A stretch of DNA of 64,000 bases, from the NCBI RefSeq assembly GCF_902713615.1, contig NC_052147.1, positions 201,903,140 to 201,967,139 of the forward strand, read 5' to 3'. The DNA is from Scyliorhinus canicula. Lineage: Eukaryota. Positions 23,290 to 35,732 of this stretch are shown here, in pieces (position 1 is the stretch's first letter; each line of letters begins with the position of its first letter). The notes beneath the pieces were generated by a model. That model saw only the letters and a list, made by a program, of their open reading frames with translations. It had not been told where the DNA came from and searched no databases. The position numbers and the translations under genes are program-made.

Positions 23290-24280
23290 AAAGATAGAGA
23301 TGGACCATAATGGCAAAATGTGTTGAAGAATTTCAGCTGGCTTGGAAAAATATCAGTATTGTTTCTGTGAATGAAAAGAGGCTGGCCAGAAAGGGCTTCC
23401 AGCACCATTGTGTGTATGAATGGATCTAAATTAATTTTTACCAAGCCATTTCCCCTTCCCTGTCTCTCCATTGTACAAGAAGGTTGCCAAACTTTAATGT
23501 GTAGTCCATGAAGAAAACTTTTTGCAATCTTAACTTTATGGTACTCATTTGCCACATCAGTGGTGCAAGCTTGCTATCCCTATAGTTCGAAATAGAAACA
23601 GCTAAAATAGAGCAGGAGTATCCCAAAGCCCCAAATCACTTGAGCAGCCCCATTATGTCCCCCACCATGGCAACTGGGTTGGAAATATATGGCAAAAGGT
23701 CATCAGCATACAAGGATGCTCTACCCACCCCTACCTCACTATCCCCTTCTGCTTATCCAAGCTCCTCAGTGCAATGGCAAAGGGCTCTATCACCAGCACA
23801 AACAAACGGGGGGGAGACATAGGACACCTCGTCCTCGTCCCTATGCAGTTGAAAATATCCTGAGTTTGCCTCATTTGTATGAACACTCGCCTTCGGTTTC
23901 TTTTTTTAAATTTAGAGTACCCAATTCATTTTTTCCAATTAAGCGGCAATTTAGTGTGGCCAATCCTCCTAACTTACACATTTTGGGTTGTGGGGACGTA
24001 ACCCACGCAAACGCAGGGAGAATTTGCAAAGTCCACATGTGGCCCAGAGCTGGGATTGAACCTGGGACCTCGGCGCTGTGAGGCAGCAATGCCACCGTGC
24101 TACCCCTTGCTTTCGGTTTCTTATGCAACAATTTAACCCATGTCACAAACTTAGGCCCAATTCCAATCTGTTCCATCACTGCAAATAAATAAACACTCTA
24201 CTCGATCAAAAGCCTTCTCCGCATCTAGTGCCACATTTATCTCCTGCTCCCCTAGGCCCCCCCATTCTGATGGGGTTCAT
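23290..24280 (-). mobile_element. Old L1/Tx1-type LINE RT fragment
   Basis: Minus-strand ALDAEKAFDRVE, IGPKFVTWVKLL and degenerate RGTRQGCP and LYADD regions. Confidence 0.75.
23901..24106 (-). mobile_element. SINE type D
   Basis: Poly(A) tail; about 16-bp TSD tcgccttcggtttctt / ttgctttcggtttctt. Confidence 0.9.
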
Positions 24281-25124
24281 GATTTAATTCTTACTCTGTT
24301 ATTGAAACAAAGAGAACGATAGGGAAATATAAATGAATGACTGAATCCTGCTACATGGAAGCCTGAAAAATAGAAAGGGGTAGGGAGGGAAAACCACCCA
24401 AGTTCTGGAATGGAACAAAACTCAAGCTTTCTAATCTAGAAGACTTGTGTTTCTGTGGCAACTGGACAGTTTTCCAACATGACTTGGACAATATTGTGCA
24501 TGAATAACTTGAGCTGTACCTTTGGAAAATGATTGTGAAGATTACTAGTTTACTGGTAGCTTTTCTAATCGTTTGGGATTCTATTTCTGACTTGTAAATT
24601 TTCAGTGATATTGTAGATATTCAGTGACAACTGCACAATGATTTTTTGGCGGAAGGAGGGGAAAGAGTATTGCATCTTATTTTTTGTTCAAGTGAATCAG
24701 CACTTGTGAGACATGATTCAAATGTATTTTCCCAAACACCTCCCATGTATCATCAAATGTGTTAGAAATCATTCTAAGAACGCCTGGCTAAATGGCTGTA
24801 TCTTCTATGGTGTTATCTTCCTTAAACGTTAAAAATGTCAGTAACCCAGTTTGTCATCAAAATTATAGAAGTGATTTTGCCCTCCTCCATTGTATAATTT
24901 TAATCAGACAAGAAAATGAAATGAAAAACTAAACTGTAATTGAAAACATAGGGTATGTTTTTGTTCAGCATATCTTTTCTACACGATGTGAATTTCCAGT
25001 AAGCGGATTTTTCTAAATTTTTAATCCAATGCTGCTTCAGATTAATTGATTTTAGTATTACAACTGATTTAATTAAACAAAATTTAATTTGATTGTAGTC
25101 AAACTTCCATTTCTTTGTTGCCTT

Positions 25125-25470
25125 GTGGATAGCACAATTGCTTCACAGCTCCATGGTCCCAGGTTCGATTCTGGCTTGGATCACTGTCTGTGTGGAGTCT
25201 GCACATCCTCCGCGTGTGTGCGTGGGTTTCCTCCGGGTGCTCCGGTTTCCTCCCACAGTCCAAAGATGTGCAGGTTAGGTGGATTGGCCATGATAAATTG
25301 CCCTTAGTCTCCAAAATTGCCCTTAGTGTTGGGTGGGGTTACTGGGTTATGGGGATAAGGTGGAGGTGTTGACCTTGGGTAGGGTGCTCTTTACAAGAGC
25401 CGGTGCAGACTCGATGGGCCGAATGGCCTCCTTCTGCACTGTAAATTCTATAATTCTATGATATCTATGA
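25125..25470 (+). mobile_element. SINE type A
   Basis: Near-identical to 3427-3767; (ttctatga)-like end. Confidence 0.9.
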
Positions 25471-27799
25471 ATCGAATTAAGATGCACAACAGAACAAAAA
25501 TGATTAAGGAATTTAAGAATAGTTTTAAAAATCTGCAGCTGTTTCATATAACCAACTGGATCTTTATGGTGGAATGGAGATCTTGTAGACTGCTGAATTT
25601 TGTATTGTGCATTTAACGGGTTCACTGCTTCCCTTTCCGTTATAAAAGCTGTTACACCATGTGCAGAAGCTGCATTAATCACCATACTATTTTGGTCTTT
25701 TGTGCAATTCTATGACTCATAATGGAGTGATCGGAATTTATGCAAACAGTGTATCCATCACCTTATTTCAGATGTTGCTTGTTAATTTTTCAGAAGCTGA
25801 AGTAATTCATTAGTTTTCTCTGAAAAAATAATTCTGTTTCAAAATTGTGGGCAGCTGCAATGGTTAGCCCTGTATATTCATGGAAACATGTTTGCTGAGT
25901 ACTTTTCAACTGAGATTCTCTGTGAAAGGAGCAGGCAATCTTTAAACTTGGAAATCAGAACTTTTTCTCTTGAAGTGAAATTGACGCTGTTGGCGGTACA
26001 AAAAAATGACTTTTAAAAAAGCAACTACAACCCCATTGGCTTTAGTGCATCACAAAGTTATGCGGTTTATGTGCTATTCCTGCTGTAAATTTTGGGATAA
26101 AAAGTAAAATTGTTTTAATTTTAACCTACCTTCTCTCATCTATTTCTCAATATTAGCAGTTTAGTAATTTGAGTTGAAAGTCCAACAATTATATAAAGTT
26201 TGAACAAGTTGAATTTTTTTAAAGTTATCGTATATTGAAGATTACATGTACATATAAATTAACCAGAATTCCACTTACTTTTTGACTCCAAAAATAAGCA
26301 CATTGTCAGAGACATTACTATTATATAGATCGACTTGCTACTGCAAGTATAATTTGAGGCATTGTAACCCTCTTCGTACTAGCACATTGACAGCAAAGTA
26401 ACAGCAAAAATGAACAGTTAACATTAGCTGGCTCCACCATCTTTACTGTGGCTGCAGGAGATTGGGATCTGAGCCACCTATAAAAGAAAGAAATATTCAT
26501 CACTGCCAAGATAAGCAAAGTGTGGCCAGAATGATGAAAGTCACAAATGCAACTTTAGACAAAGATTTGCTCATATATGACATATTTGTGACTTTTGAGC
26601 TACTACGCGACTGCAAAAACATATCCTGATCTGTTTTTGGTGATTCTGCTTCACTGTTAAAACGGAGATGTAAATACGATATAATGGCCGCAATAGGAGC
26701 TTTTCAAAGTTAGCTCCAGAGGCAGTACTTACATGTAAGTGCACTGATACATCAGCTCACTGTGCTGTGGAGGATGGGGCAGTGTCTTGCATTATTTATT
26801 GAGTTTTCAATCACAGCAATATTACCGGGAGGTTTCTTCAGCATTTTGCTTGCAGGGCGAGGGATAAAATGGTCAGATATGTCAGTTTTCGGCAATTATA
26901 TCAGATTGGCAATGCAGAAACTGATCCACCTTTTTCATATAAGACGTTGCAAGAAGGGGGCATGAAAATATGAAATAAATGAAACCTTTGGGTCTGCCAT
27001 GTAACTGTTGTGGGGGCGGGGGGAAACAATGTCTCATCTCCATTTTACTCAATATTATATAAAGTTATTAATCTACATACATGTATCTGTAATGGGGAAC
27101 TGATAATACTTCTTGGTTTATTTTCCAATGACTGCATATACTTGGTTTGTGATGAAAACAAATGTCACAAAAACGATTGACAAATCGGAATCCTAGACCG
27201 ATTAATTCAGTTTTAGCAATCTGGATGGATAATTTTTAAAATGTATACACCCACTACCAAGCTGCTGCTTTTAAATACTAGATACATCAGAATAAGTGCT
27301 AGTTAGACTACGTGTATTGTGTATTAGTTATGAGGTAGGTAGGTAAAAAGTGATTCTTGACTTAATCTGAAAATTTGCAATGTCCATTAGAATTTGCACA
27401 AAAAAACTTCACCTTCCCTCTGTTTTATTCCGATTATTTGGTGAAGGATAGTTGGGAACCAATAGTTACAGTTTATAACATTTATTTAGAGTTACACACT
27501 ACACACAAACGCCTCCTAATCCAACAGGTACAGTTTAAAATTTTGCCCATTTATTTGGGCTGAAGGGAATCCACACTTGATGTTCTCTGCCTGCATACAA
27601 TTAAACACAATTAATTCCATCCCTTTACCCTCTGGTGTGGATATGACTAAATTAGTGCATAGTGCAACCAGTCGCTGACTGAAGAAACTACTAGGAAACT
27701 GAACAACCAAGGGTCATTGTTTTTTTTTGTTTTATGAATGCAGTAATTGAATTGTAATGTTGTTTACAGTACTGCACTACATTTTCCTGTTTTATTTTG

Positions 27800-28100
27800 A
27801 GAATTGCATTTATATTGTGGCTTTTACAAGCTCAGGATATTCCAAAGTGCTTCACAACCTCCTGAAATACTTTTGAAGTAGTCGTCTTATGTAGGCAAAC
27901 ACAGCAGCCAGTTTGCACACAGCTAAGCAGTGGGACCATTGAATACACAATGTTTTAGGAATGATGGTTGTTGACCAATTCTGGCCTTGACACTGGAAGG
28001 ACTTCCCTTCTCCATGTCATCACTAATGCCCATCTGAGCAGGCAAATTAGACTTCAGTTTTACATCTCATCTGGACCATGGCACCTCCGATGACCTATTC
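27800..28100 (-). mobile_element. Ancient DeuSINE-like remnant
   Basis: ttgcatttatat...caaagtgcttcaca...acttttgaagtagtc...tgtagg, and a Deu-domain-like acatctcatctg. Confidence 0.6.
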
Positions 28101-28119
28101 TAGATTGTTGCTGTATGCA

Positions 28120-28255
28120 CTTTGCCTTTGCTTTATATAGGCTACCATGCTTGCCTGCATAAAAATGATTTAACTTCTCAACTGATTCATTTGGTTGTGA
28201 AGTGCTTTTGGATGTCTTAACAATGTGATGAGGCACTATGTAAATCCAAATTCTT
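28120..28255 (+). mobile_element. Ancient DeuSINE-like 3' tail
   Basis: ttggttgtgaagtgcttttggatgtc...aggcactatgtaaat. Confidence 0.5.
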
Positions 28256-28760
28256 TTTAAATAGGAAATGCACGTTTCCTGAGTGGGTGAGAAGTGCACT
28301 TGATACTTTACTTCTGATGCACCGACCATAAGTTACATTTGACAGAGAAGGAAAGTTGGCTTCTTAAAGATAACGGTCGCTTGCTGTAACCAGAGGTAAT
28401 GACATCTCCTGCATAACCTGCCATATTCTAGCAGACACATAGATCAAGCAGATTCATTTATTAACAAATATTTTGGATGCTAAAGCAATGTTTTATTGGG
28501 TAATTTTCAGATCACTAATAAAATGCCTCAAAATAAGTCTACAGAACGATAGTGACATGCATCACAGTGGTCATTGATATGTATATGGATGAGTTATAAA
28601 ATTTTATCTTCCATAAAAGAGTAGGAAGTGAAGTTGTAAAACCAGTAACACATTAGCTGTTACTCAAAAATAAAATTTGCTTGAGGAACCAATTTCCCAG
28701 TTGTTTAAGCTGCAAGTTACAGAGAAACCCTGTGGAAGGAAATTTTTCGGAGGTATTTCT

Positions 28761-31700
28761 TTTTTTTTATAAATAATTTTTATTGAAATTTTTACAAAAT
28801 ACAAAATATAAACATCTTGACTCTATTAACGTACAACCGCGGTAACACCCCATCAACAATGCCCCCCAGCTTCAAGAGCAACTTCAAACAAAAGGAAGAA
28901 ACAAAAACAAAGAAAAAGAGAAAAGAAAAAAAAACAAACAAAGGAGAGAGATAGCACCCTCCACAAACCCTTGTGCACAGTTCTCCCTGTGGGGGCCTCG
29001 CATCCTTCCATTGGAGCAAGATCCTCCGCCGGGCTACTAGGGACGCAAAGGCCAGGACCCCGGCCTCTATCGCCTCCTGCACTCCCGGCTCCACTGCAAC
29101 CCCAAAAATTGCGAGTCCCCAGCCTGTCTCGACCCTGGATCCCACCACCCTCGACACCGTCTTTGCTACCCCCTTCCAAAACTCCCCCAACGCTGGGCAC
29201 GCCCAAAACATATGGGCGTGGTTCGCTGGGCTCTCCAAGCACCTAGCACACCTGTCCTCGCCCCCGAAAAACCTACTCATCCTTGTCCCAGTCATGTGGG
29301 CCCTATGCAGCACCTTGAACTGTATGAGGCTAAGCCTCGCACAGGAAGAGGAGGAATTCACTCTCTCCAGGGCATCCGCCCACGTCTCCTCCTCAATCTC
29401 CTCCCCCAGCTCCTCTTCCCACTTCCCCTTCAGTTCCTCCACCGAGGCCTCGTCTACCTCCTGCATTACCCGGTATATGTCCGAGATCCTCCCTCCTCCG
29501 ACCCACACCCCCGAGAGCACCCTATCCCGCACCCCTCGTGGGGGCAGCAAGGGGAACCCCTCCACCTGCTGCCTGGCAAACGCCCTCACCTGGATATACC
29601 TAAACATGTTCCCCGGGGGGAGCCCAAACTTCCCCTCTAACTCCCCCAAGCTCGCGAACCTCCCCTCCACAAACAGGTCCCTCAACCTCCTAACCCCTGC
29701 CCTGTGCCAGCCCAGAAATCCGCCAACAATGCTCCCTGGGGCGAACCGATGGTTCCCCCGTATCGGGGCCTCCATCGAGCCCCCCATTTCTCCCCTGTGC
29801 CGTCTCCATTGCCCCCAAAATTTGAGGGTAGCCGCCACCACCGGGCTCGTGGTATACCTTGTTGGAGGGAGCGGCAACGACGCCGTTACTAGCGCTTCCA
29901 GGCTCGTGCCCACACAAAACGCCGCCTCCATCCTCTTCCACGCTGCCCCCTCCTCGTCCATTACCCACTTACGCACCATCGCTGCGTTGGCCGCCCAGTA
30001 GTACCCACAGAGGTTGGGCAACACCAGCCCCCCCCTATCCCTGCCTCGTTCCAGGAACACTCTTCAAACCCTTGGAGTCCCATGCGCCCACACACAACCC
30101 GTGATACTGCTGTTGACCCTCCTGAAAAAGGCCTTTGGGATAAAGATGGGGAGGCACTGGAACAAGAACAAAAACCTCGGGAGCACCGTCATCTTAACGG
30201 ACTGCACCCTCCCCGCCAGTGACAGCGGTAACATATCCCACCTCTTAAACTCCTCCTCCATCTGCTCCACCAACCTTGTGAGGTTGAGCTTGTGCAGGGC
30301 CCCCCAACTCCCAGCCACCTGGACCCCTAGGTACCTGAAGCTCTTCCCTGCCTGCTTCAGTGGGAGCCTACCAATCCCCTCCTCTTGATCCCCCGGATGC
30401 ACCACAAACACCTCGCTCTTGCCCAGGTTCAGCTTATACACCGAGAAACCCCCGAATTCCCCAAGGATCCTCATCACCTCCGGCATCCCCCCCACTGGGT
30501 CCGCCACATACAGCAGCAGGTCGTCCGCGTACAGTGACACTCGATGCTCCTCCGCACCCCGCACCATGCCCCTCCAGTTCCCTGACTCCCTCAATGCCAT
30601 GGCCAGGGGCTCAATTGCCAACGCAAAGAGCAAGGGGGACAGGGGGCACCCCTGTCTCGTCCCCCGATGCAGCCGAAAATACTCCGACCTCCTCCTATTC
30701 GTGGCTACACTTGCCATCGGGGCCTCGTAGAGCAGCCTCACTCACCGAATAAACCCCTCCCCAAACCCAAACCTCTCCAACACCTCCCACAAGTACTCCC
30801 ACTCCACCCTATCGAAGGCCTTCTCCGCGTCCAACGCCACCACTATCTCCGCCTCCCCTTCCACCGCCGGCATCATAATGACATTGAGGAGTCTTCGCAC
30901 ATTTGTGTTCAGCTGCCTTCCCTTCACAAACCCCGTCTGGTCCTCATGTATGACCCCCGGCACACAATCCTCTATTCTAGTGGCCAGGATCTTTGCCAGC
31001 AGCTTAGCGTCGGCGTTCAGCAACGAAATCGGCCTATATGATCCACACTGCAGAGGGTCCTTGTCCCGCTTCAGGATCAAGGAAATCAGCGCCTGCGACA
31101 TAGTTGGGGGCAAAGCCACCCCCTCCCATGCCTCGTTAAAGGTCCGGACCAACAGGGGGCCCAACAGGTCCAAATACTTTTTATAAAATTCCGCCGGAAA
31201 CCCGTCCGGCCCTGGCGCCTTCCCCGACTGCATGCTCCCAATCCCTTTGACAACCTCCTCCAACTCGATCGGTGCCCCTAGTCCCTCCACCCGCTCCTCT
31301 TCCACCCTCGGGAAACGCAACCTGTCCAGGAAGCGCCCCATACCACCACCCTCCACCGGGTGCTCAGAGTGGTACAGTTCCCCATAAAAGTCCCTGAAGA
31401 CCCCATTGACCTCTACCTCCCTCCGCACCACCTTCCCAGCGCTATCCCTCACTCCCTCAATCTCCCTGGCCGCGTCTCGCTTCCGGAGCTGGTGCGGCAG
31501 CATCCTGCTCGCCTTCTCCCCGTGTTCATACACCGCCCCCTGTGCTTTCCTCCACTGGGCTTCCGCCTTTCTGGTCATCAGTAAGGCGGTCAAATCTGGT
31601 CTGAAGGCTACACCTCTCCCCCAGCAATCCCTCCTCCGGGGCCTCCGCATATCTCCTATCCACCTGCACCATCTCCCCTATCAGTCTTTCCCTTTCCCTC

Positions 31701-32890
31701 TGCTCCCCCCTCTCCCTCTGGGCTCGGATGGAGATCAATTCCCCCCTCATCACCGCCTTTAATGCCTCCCAGACCGTCCCCACCCGAACCTCCCTGTTAT
31801 CATTGGCCTCGAGGTATCTCTCAATACACCCCCGGACCCTCCCGGCCACCTCCTCCTCTGCCAGCAGCCCCACCTCCATGCGCCAGAGCGGATGTTGGTC
31901 CCTCTCTTCCCCCAGCCCGAGGTCCATCCAGTGCGGGGCATGGTCCGAAATGGCAATGGCAGAGTATTCCACTTCCTCCACCCTCGGCACCAGCCCCCTG
32001 CTCAGGACAAAAAAGTCAATCCTCGAGTAGGCCTTATGTACATGGGAGAAAAACAAGTATTCCCTGGCCCTTGGCCTCTCAAACCTCCAAGGGTCCACCC
32101 CCCCCCCCATCTGGTCCATAAATCCCCTCAGCACCTTAGCCGCCGCCGACCTCCTACCCGTCCGGGACTTGGATCGATCCAATGGGGGATCCAGCACAGT
32201 GTTAAAGTCTCCCCCCATGATCAGGCCCCCCACCTCCAGGTCCGGAATGCGGCCCAGCATACGCCGCATGAACCCCGCATTGTCCCAATTTGGGGCATAA
32301 ACATTCACCAACACTACCCGCTCCCCCTGCAGCTTGCCACTCACCATCACGTACCTCCTGCCACTGTCAGCCACCACCTTCAACGCCTCAAACAACACCT
32401 TCTTCCCCACCAGGATCGCCACCCCTTTACTCTTCTCGTCCAGCCCTGAGTGGAATACCTGGCCCACCCACCCCTTTCTCAGCCGGACCTGGTCCACCAC
32501 TCTCAGGTGTGTCTCCTGGAGCATGGCCACATCCGCCTTCAGTCCCTTCAGGTGCGCAACTACTCGGGCCCTTTTGACCGGCCCATTCAGCCCCCTCACA
32601 TTCCAGGTTATCAGCCGGATCCGAGGGCGCCCTGCCCCCTTCCCCTGCCGATTAGCCATACCCCATCCCTTGCCCACCCTCGGCCAGCGTCCCACGCTCT
32701 GCCAGTTTCCCACGGCGGCACCTCCCCCCCTCCAGCACTCCCTGCGTCCTCCAGCTCCTTCCTGACCGTTTCAGCAGCAACCCGGTAACCCCCCCCTCCC
32801 CTCCCCCCCAGGCTAGGACCCCTCCTAGCCGCGCCCCCCCCCCCCCCCTCTCTACAGCACTCCCGTGAGCCAGCTATCTTCTGCTTTTAT
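28761..32890 (-). mobile_element. Young L1/Tx1-type LINE, lacking ORF1, nearly complete ORF2
   Basis: GC-rich and CpG-retaining; AATAAA and A tail; TSD gaggtatttct (28750-28760 and 32891-32901). Confidence 0.95.
28990..32659 (-). pseudogene. L1-type ORF2 (APE endonuclease, reverse transcriptase, C-terminal Cys/His domain)
   Basis: ITWNVRGLN, VYAPN, GGDFN, SRIDFF, SDH; GKAPGPDG, YRPISLLN, LDAEKAFD, GTRQGCPLSP, YADD; CARC...HMFWAC. One frameshift near 31600, in-frame stops near 30742 and 30064, and a 3' deletion. Confidence 0.95.
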
Positions 32891-33554
32891 GAGGTATTTC
32901 TAACAGACACTACCTCTATTGGATAAATTGATTTGTTTACAATATATTATGAACCAGCTGGATCAAAATTGAAGGTGGCTGCTTGAATGAATTTGATCTG
33001 TTCTATGGTATCTGTTGCTGCCATATTGATGCTATTGAATTGGTTGGTTTTGTCAAAGTTTCTTATTTCTGAGAACTTTATATACTTTGTGGGCCAATCA
33101 AAAGTGTTGCAGCTGATTTTTTTTTTCTTGCAAAGTGTACATTTAATGCATCACCATATACATTTAATGCATGTGCAATATTTCTGTGTAGACAGGTATA
33201 CGAGACAACAAATTCCAAAATAAAATTAAAGTAATCTAACAGTCACCAAAATGGATAAATGGTGCAACTAAAATTGCATAAAAGAACAAAACCGAAGAGA
33301 AAGGGATAAGCTTGGAATGTGATTGGCAAAATACTAAACAAGCTTTGTGTTTTTTTTAAAATCCAGTTTTAAAATAAGACATCAGACTCGCACAGCAAAG
33401 GATGTTCACGGAAATAAGAGTTTTTGTTTTAAAGATAAAAATTGTTACAGCATTTGAAGATGTAGGCAAAACATTTGAGTTGCTTAATTGTTTTCCAGAA
33501 ATATTTCTTAAGGTACAAAATGATGACTTCACGCGTAGGAAGTACAGTATTTCT

Positions 33555-33850
33555 AATAATGTTTATTGTCACAAGTAGGCTTACATTGCAATGAAGTTAC
33601 TGTGAAAAAACCCTAGTCGTCACATTCCGGCGCCTGTTCGGGTACACACAGGGAAAATTCAGAATGTCCAAATTACCTAACAAGCACATCTTTCAGGACT
33701 TGTGAGAGGAAACCGGAGCACCCAGAGGAAACCCATGCAGACATGGGGAGAACAGTGAAGACTCCGCACAGTGACCCAAGCCGGGTATCAAACCTTGGAC
33801 CCTGGGCACTGTGAAGACACAGTGTAACCACTGTGCTACCGTGCTACCCT
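33555..33850 (-). mobile_element. SINE type B, full length
   Basis: Head, core and tail ending tgacaataaacattatt. Confidence 0.9.
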
Positions 33851-34793
33851 TTGGGAAATTAAAGGTACTAAATAGTAACACATTCCCTGTACCGGATTAC
33901 ATAAATCTGGGGAGGAACTGTGTGGCTCGAGTCATGAAAGAATCATTAAGCACTGGAGAGGTTTCATGGGGTTAGAAGCCAGAAAATATTGCATCAATAT
34001 TTACAAATGAGGGTAGGACTGACTCCAGCGATTTCAATTCCACTGTGTAACAAATTTATTTGAGTAAAATAATGGAACAATTGTGAAGAGAAGACTGGAG
34101 GACAAAAGGCCAGAATGAATTGAGAATTTAGAAATGCATAATATAATCAAGCAGAGTCATGAAGGGGAAATTATGCCTGACAAATTTATTAGAATTCTTT
34201 TGAGGTGGCAACGAGCAAGGTAGATGAAGGGGAATCAATAGATGTAATACTTGGGTTTCCAAAATGCGTTCAATAGGGTACCATGCAAAAGACTACTTAA
34301 CAAGATAAGAGCCCATGGTGTTGTGGCAGTATCTTCACATAGATAGAGGATTGGCTAATTGATAGAAGACAGAGTTGGGATATGAGGGGCATTTTCAGGA
34401 TGGCAACCTGTAAGTGCTACAGGGATTCATGCAGGGGCCACAATTATTCACAATATATATCACTGACTTGGAAAGGGAAATGAATGCACTTTTGCCAAGT
34501 TTGTGGATGATACAGAAATAGGTGGGCAGGCAAGTGGTGAAGAAGACAGAGTCTTCAAAGGAATATAGACAAGTTAGGTGAGTGGGCAAAAACTTGACAG
34601 ATGGAATATAATGTGGGAAAATATGAAGTTATGCACTTTGGTAGGAAGAATAAAGGAGGTTAATATTATTTAAATGGAGAAAGACCTTTGAAAATTGCAG
34701 CAAAGAGGGATTTGGGGGTCCTCGTGCATAAATCACAAAAAACTAACATGCAAGTTCAGCAGGTAATTGGGAAGGCAAATGGAATGTTGGCCA

Positions 34794-34979
34794 TTAGACT
34801 TAGACTTAGAACAGTACAGCACAGAACAGGCCCTTCAGCCCTCGATGTTGTGCCGAGCAATGATCACCCTACTTAAACCCACGTAACCCGTATACCCGTA
34901 ACCCAACAATCCCCCCATTAACCTTACACTATGGGCAATTTAGCATGGCCAATCCACCTAACCCGCACATCTTTGGACT
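34794..34979 (-). mobile_element. SINE 3' half with a CR1-type tail
   Basis: Core gtccaaagatgtgcgggttagg; tail acaacatcgagggctgaagggcctgttctgtgctgtactgttc(taagtc)n closely matches the CR1 end at 2687. Confidence 0.85.
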
Positions 34980-35038
34980 ATTATTATTTCAAAGGGAATA
35001 GATTATAAAATATAGGGAAGTCTTTCAAAACAATAAAA

Positions 35039-35160
35039 TGTGGAGATGTCGGCATTGGATTGGGGTAAGCACAGTAAGAAGTCTTACAACACCAGGTTAA
35101 AGTCCAACAGGTTTGTTTCAAATCACTAGCTTTCAAATCACTGCCCTTTCCTCAGGTGAA
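35039..35160 (-). mobile_element. Penelope-like terminal fragment with a decayed hammerhead motif (35123-35159)
   Basis: Homologous to 702-825; core CUGAGGA and GAAAGCUA intact, stem II weakened. Confidence 0.7.
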
Positions 35161-35732
35161 ACAATACAAGGCATTAGTTAGACCAGACCTGGAATAATGT
35201 GAACAGTTGCGATCACTTTGTCTAAGGAAAAATTAACTGGCATTGGACGCAGTCCAGAGGAGGTTCACTAGGTTGATCGCGGATATGGAGGGATTTTCTT
35301 GTGAGGAAAAGTTTAAATAGATTGGGCCTGTACTCATTGGAGTTTAGAAGAATGACACATGACTTTATGGAGACATAGGATTCTTGGGGCTTGGCAAGGT
35401 AGATGCTAAGAGGATGTTTCCTCTTGTGGAAGAGTCTAGGACTAGAGGGCATAATCAAAGAATAAGGGGTTACCCAAAAGACAGAGATGAGGAGAAATTT
35501 ATTTTCTCAGAGGGGAGTGCATCTGTGGAATTATTTACTGCAGAGGCTGCGTCATTAAGTATGTTCAAGGCTGTGATAGATTTTTAATCAGTAACGGAAT
35601 GGAGGGTTATGGGGAAAAGGCTGGAGAGTGGCGTTGACAATGATATCAGATCAACCATAATCTAATTGAATGGCGGAGCAGATTTAATAGGTCAGGTGGC
35701 CTACTTCTGCTCCTATGTCTTATGGTCTCATA

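Larger units (their letters stand above)
33900..35725 (+). mobile_element. CR1 LINE, old, with nested SINE tail and Penelope terminus
   Basis: Degenerate RT motifs, RDLGVLVHKSQK and MFPLVEESRTRGH. Confidence 0.9.

Noticed and set aside
28973-30001. 342-aa plus-strand ORF (and similar ORFs at 48520-49062 and 61336-61827)
   Set aside because: Antisense shadow of the GC-rich L1 ORF2; no independent protein features.
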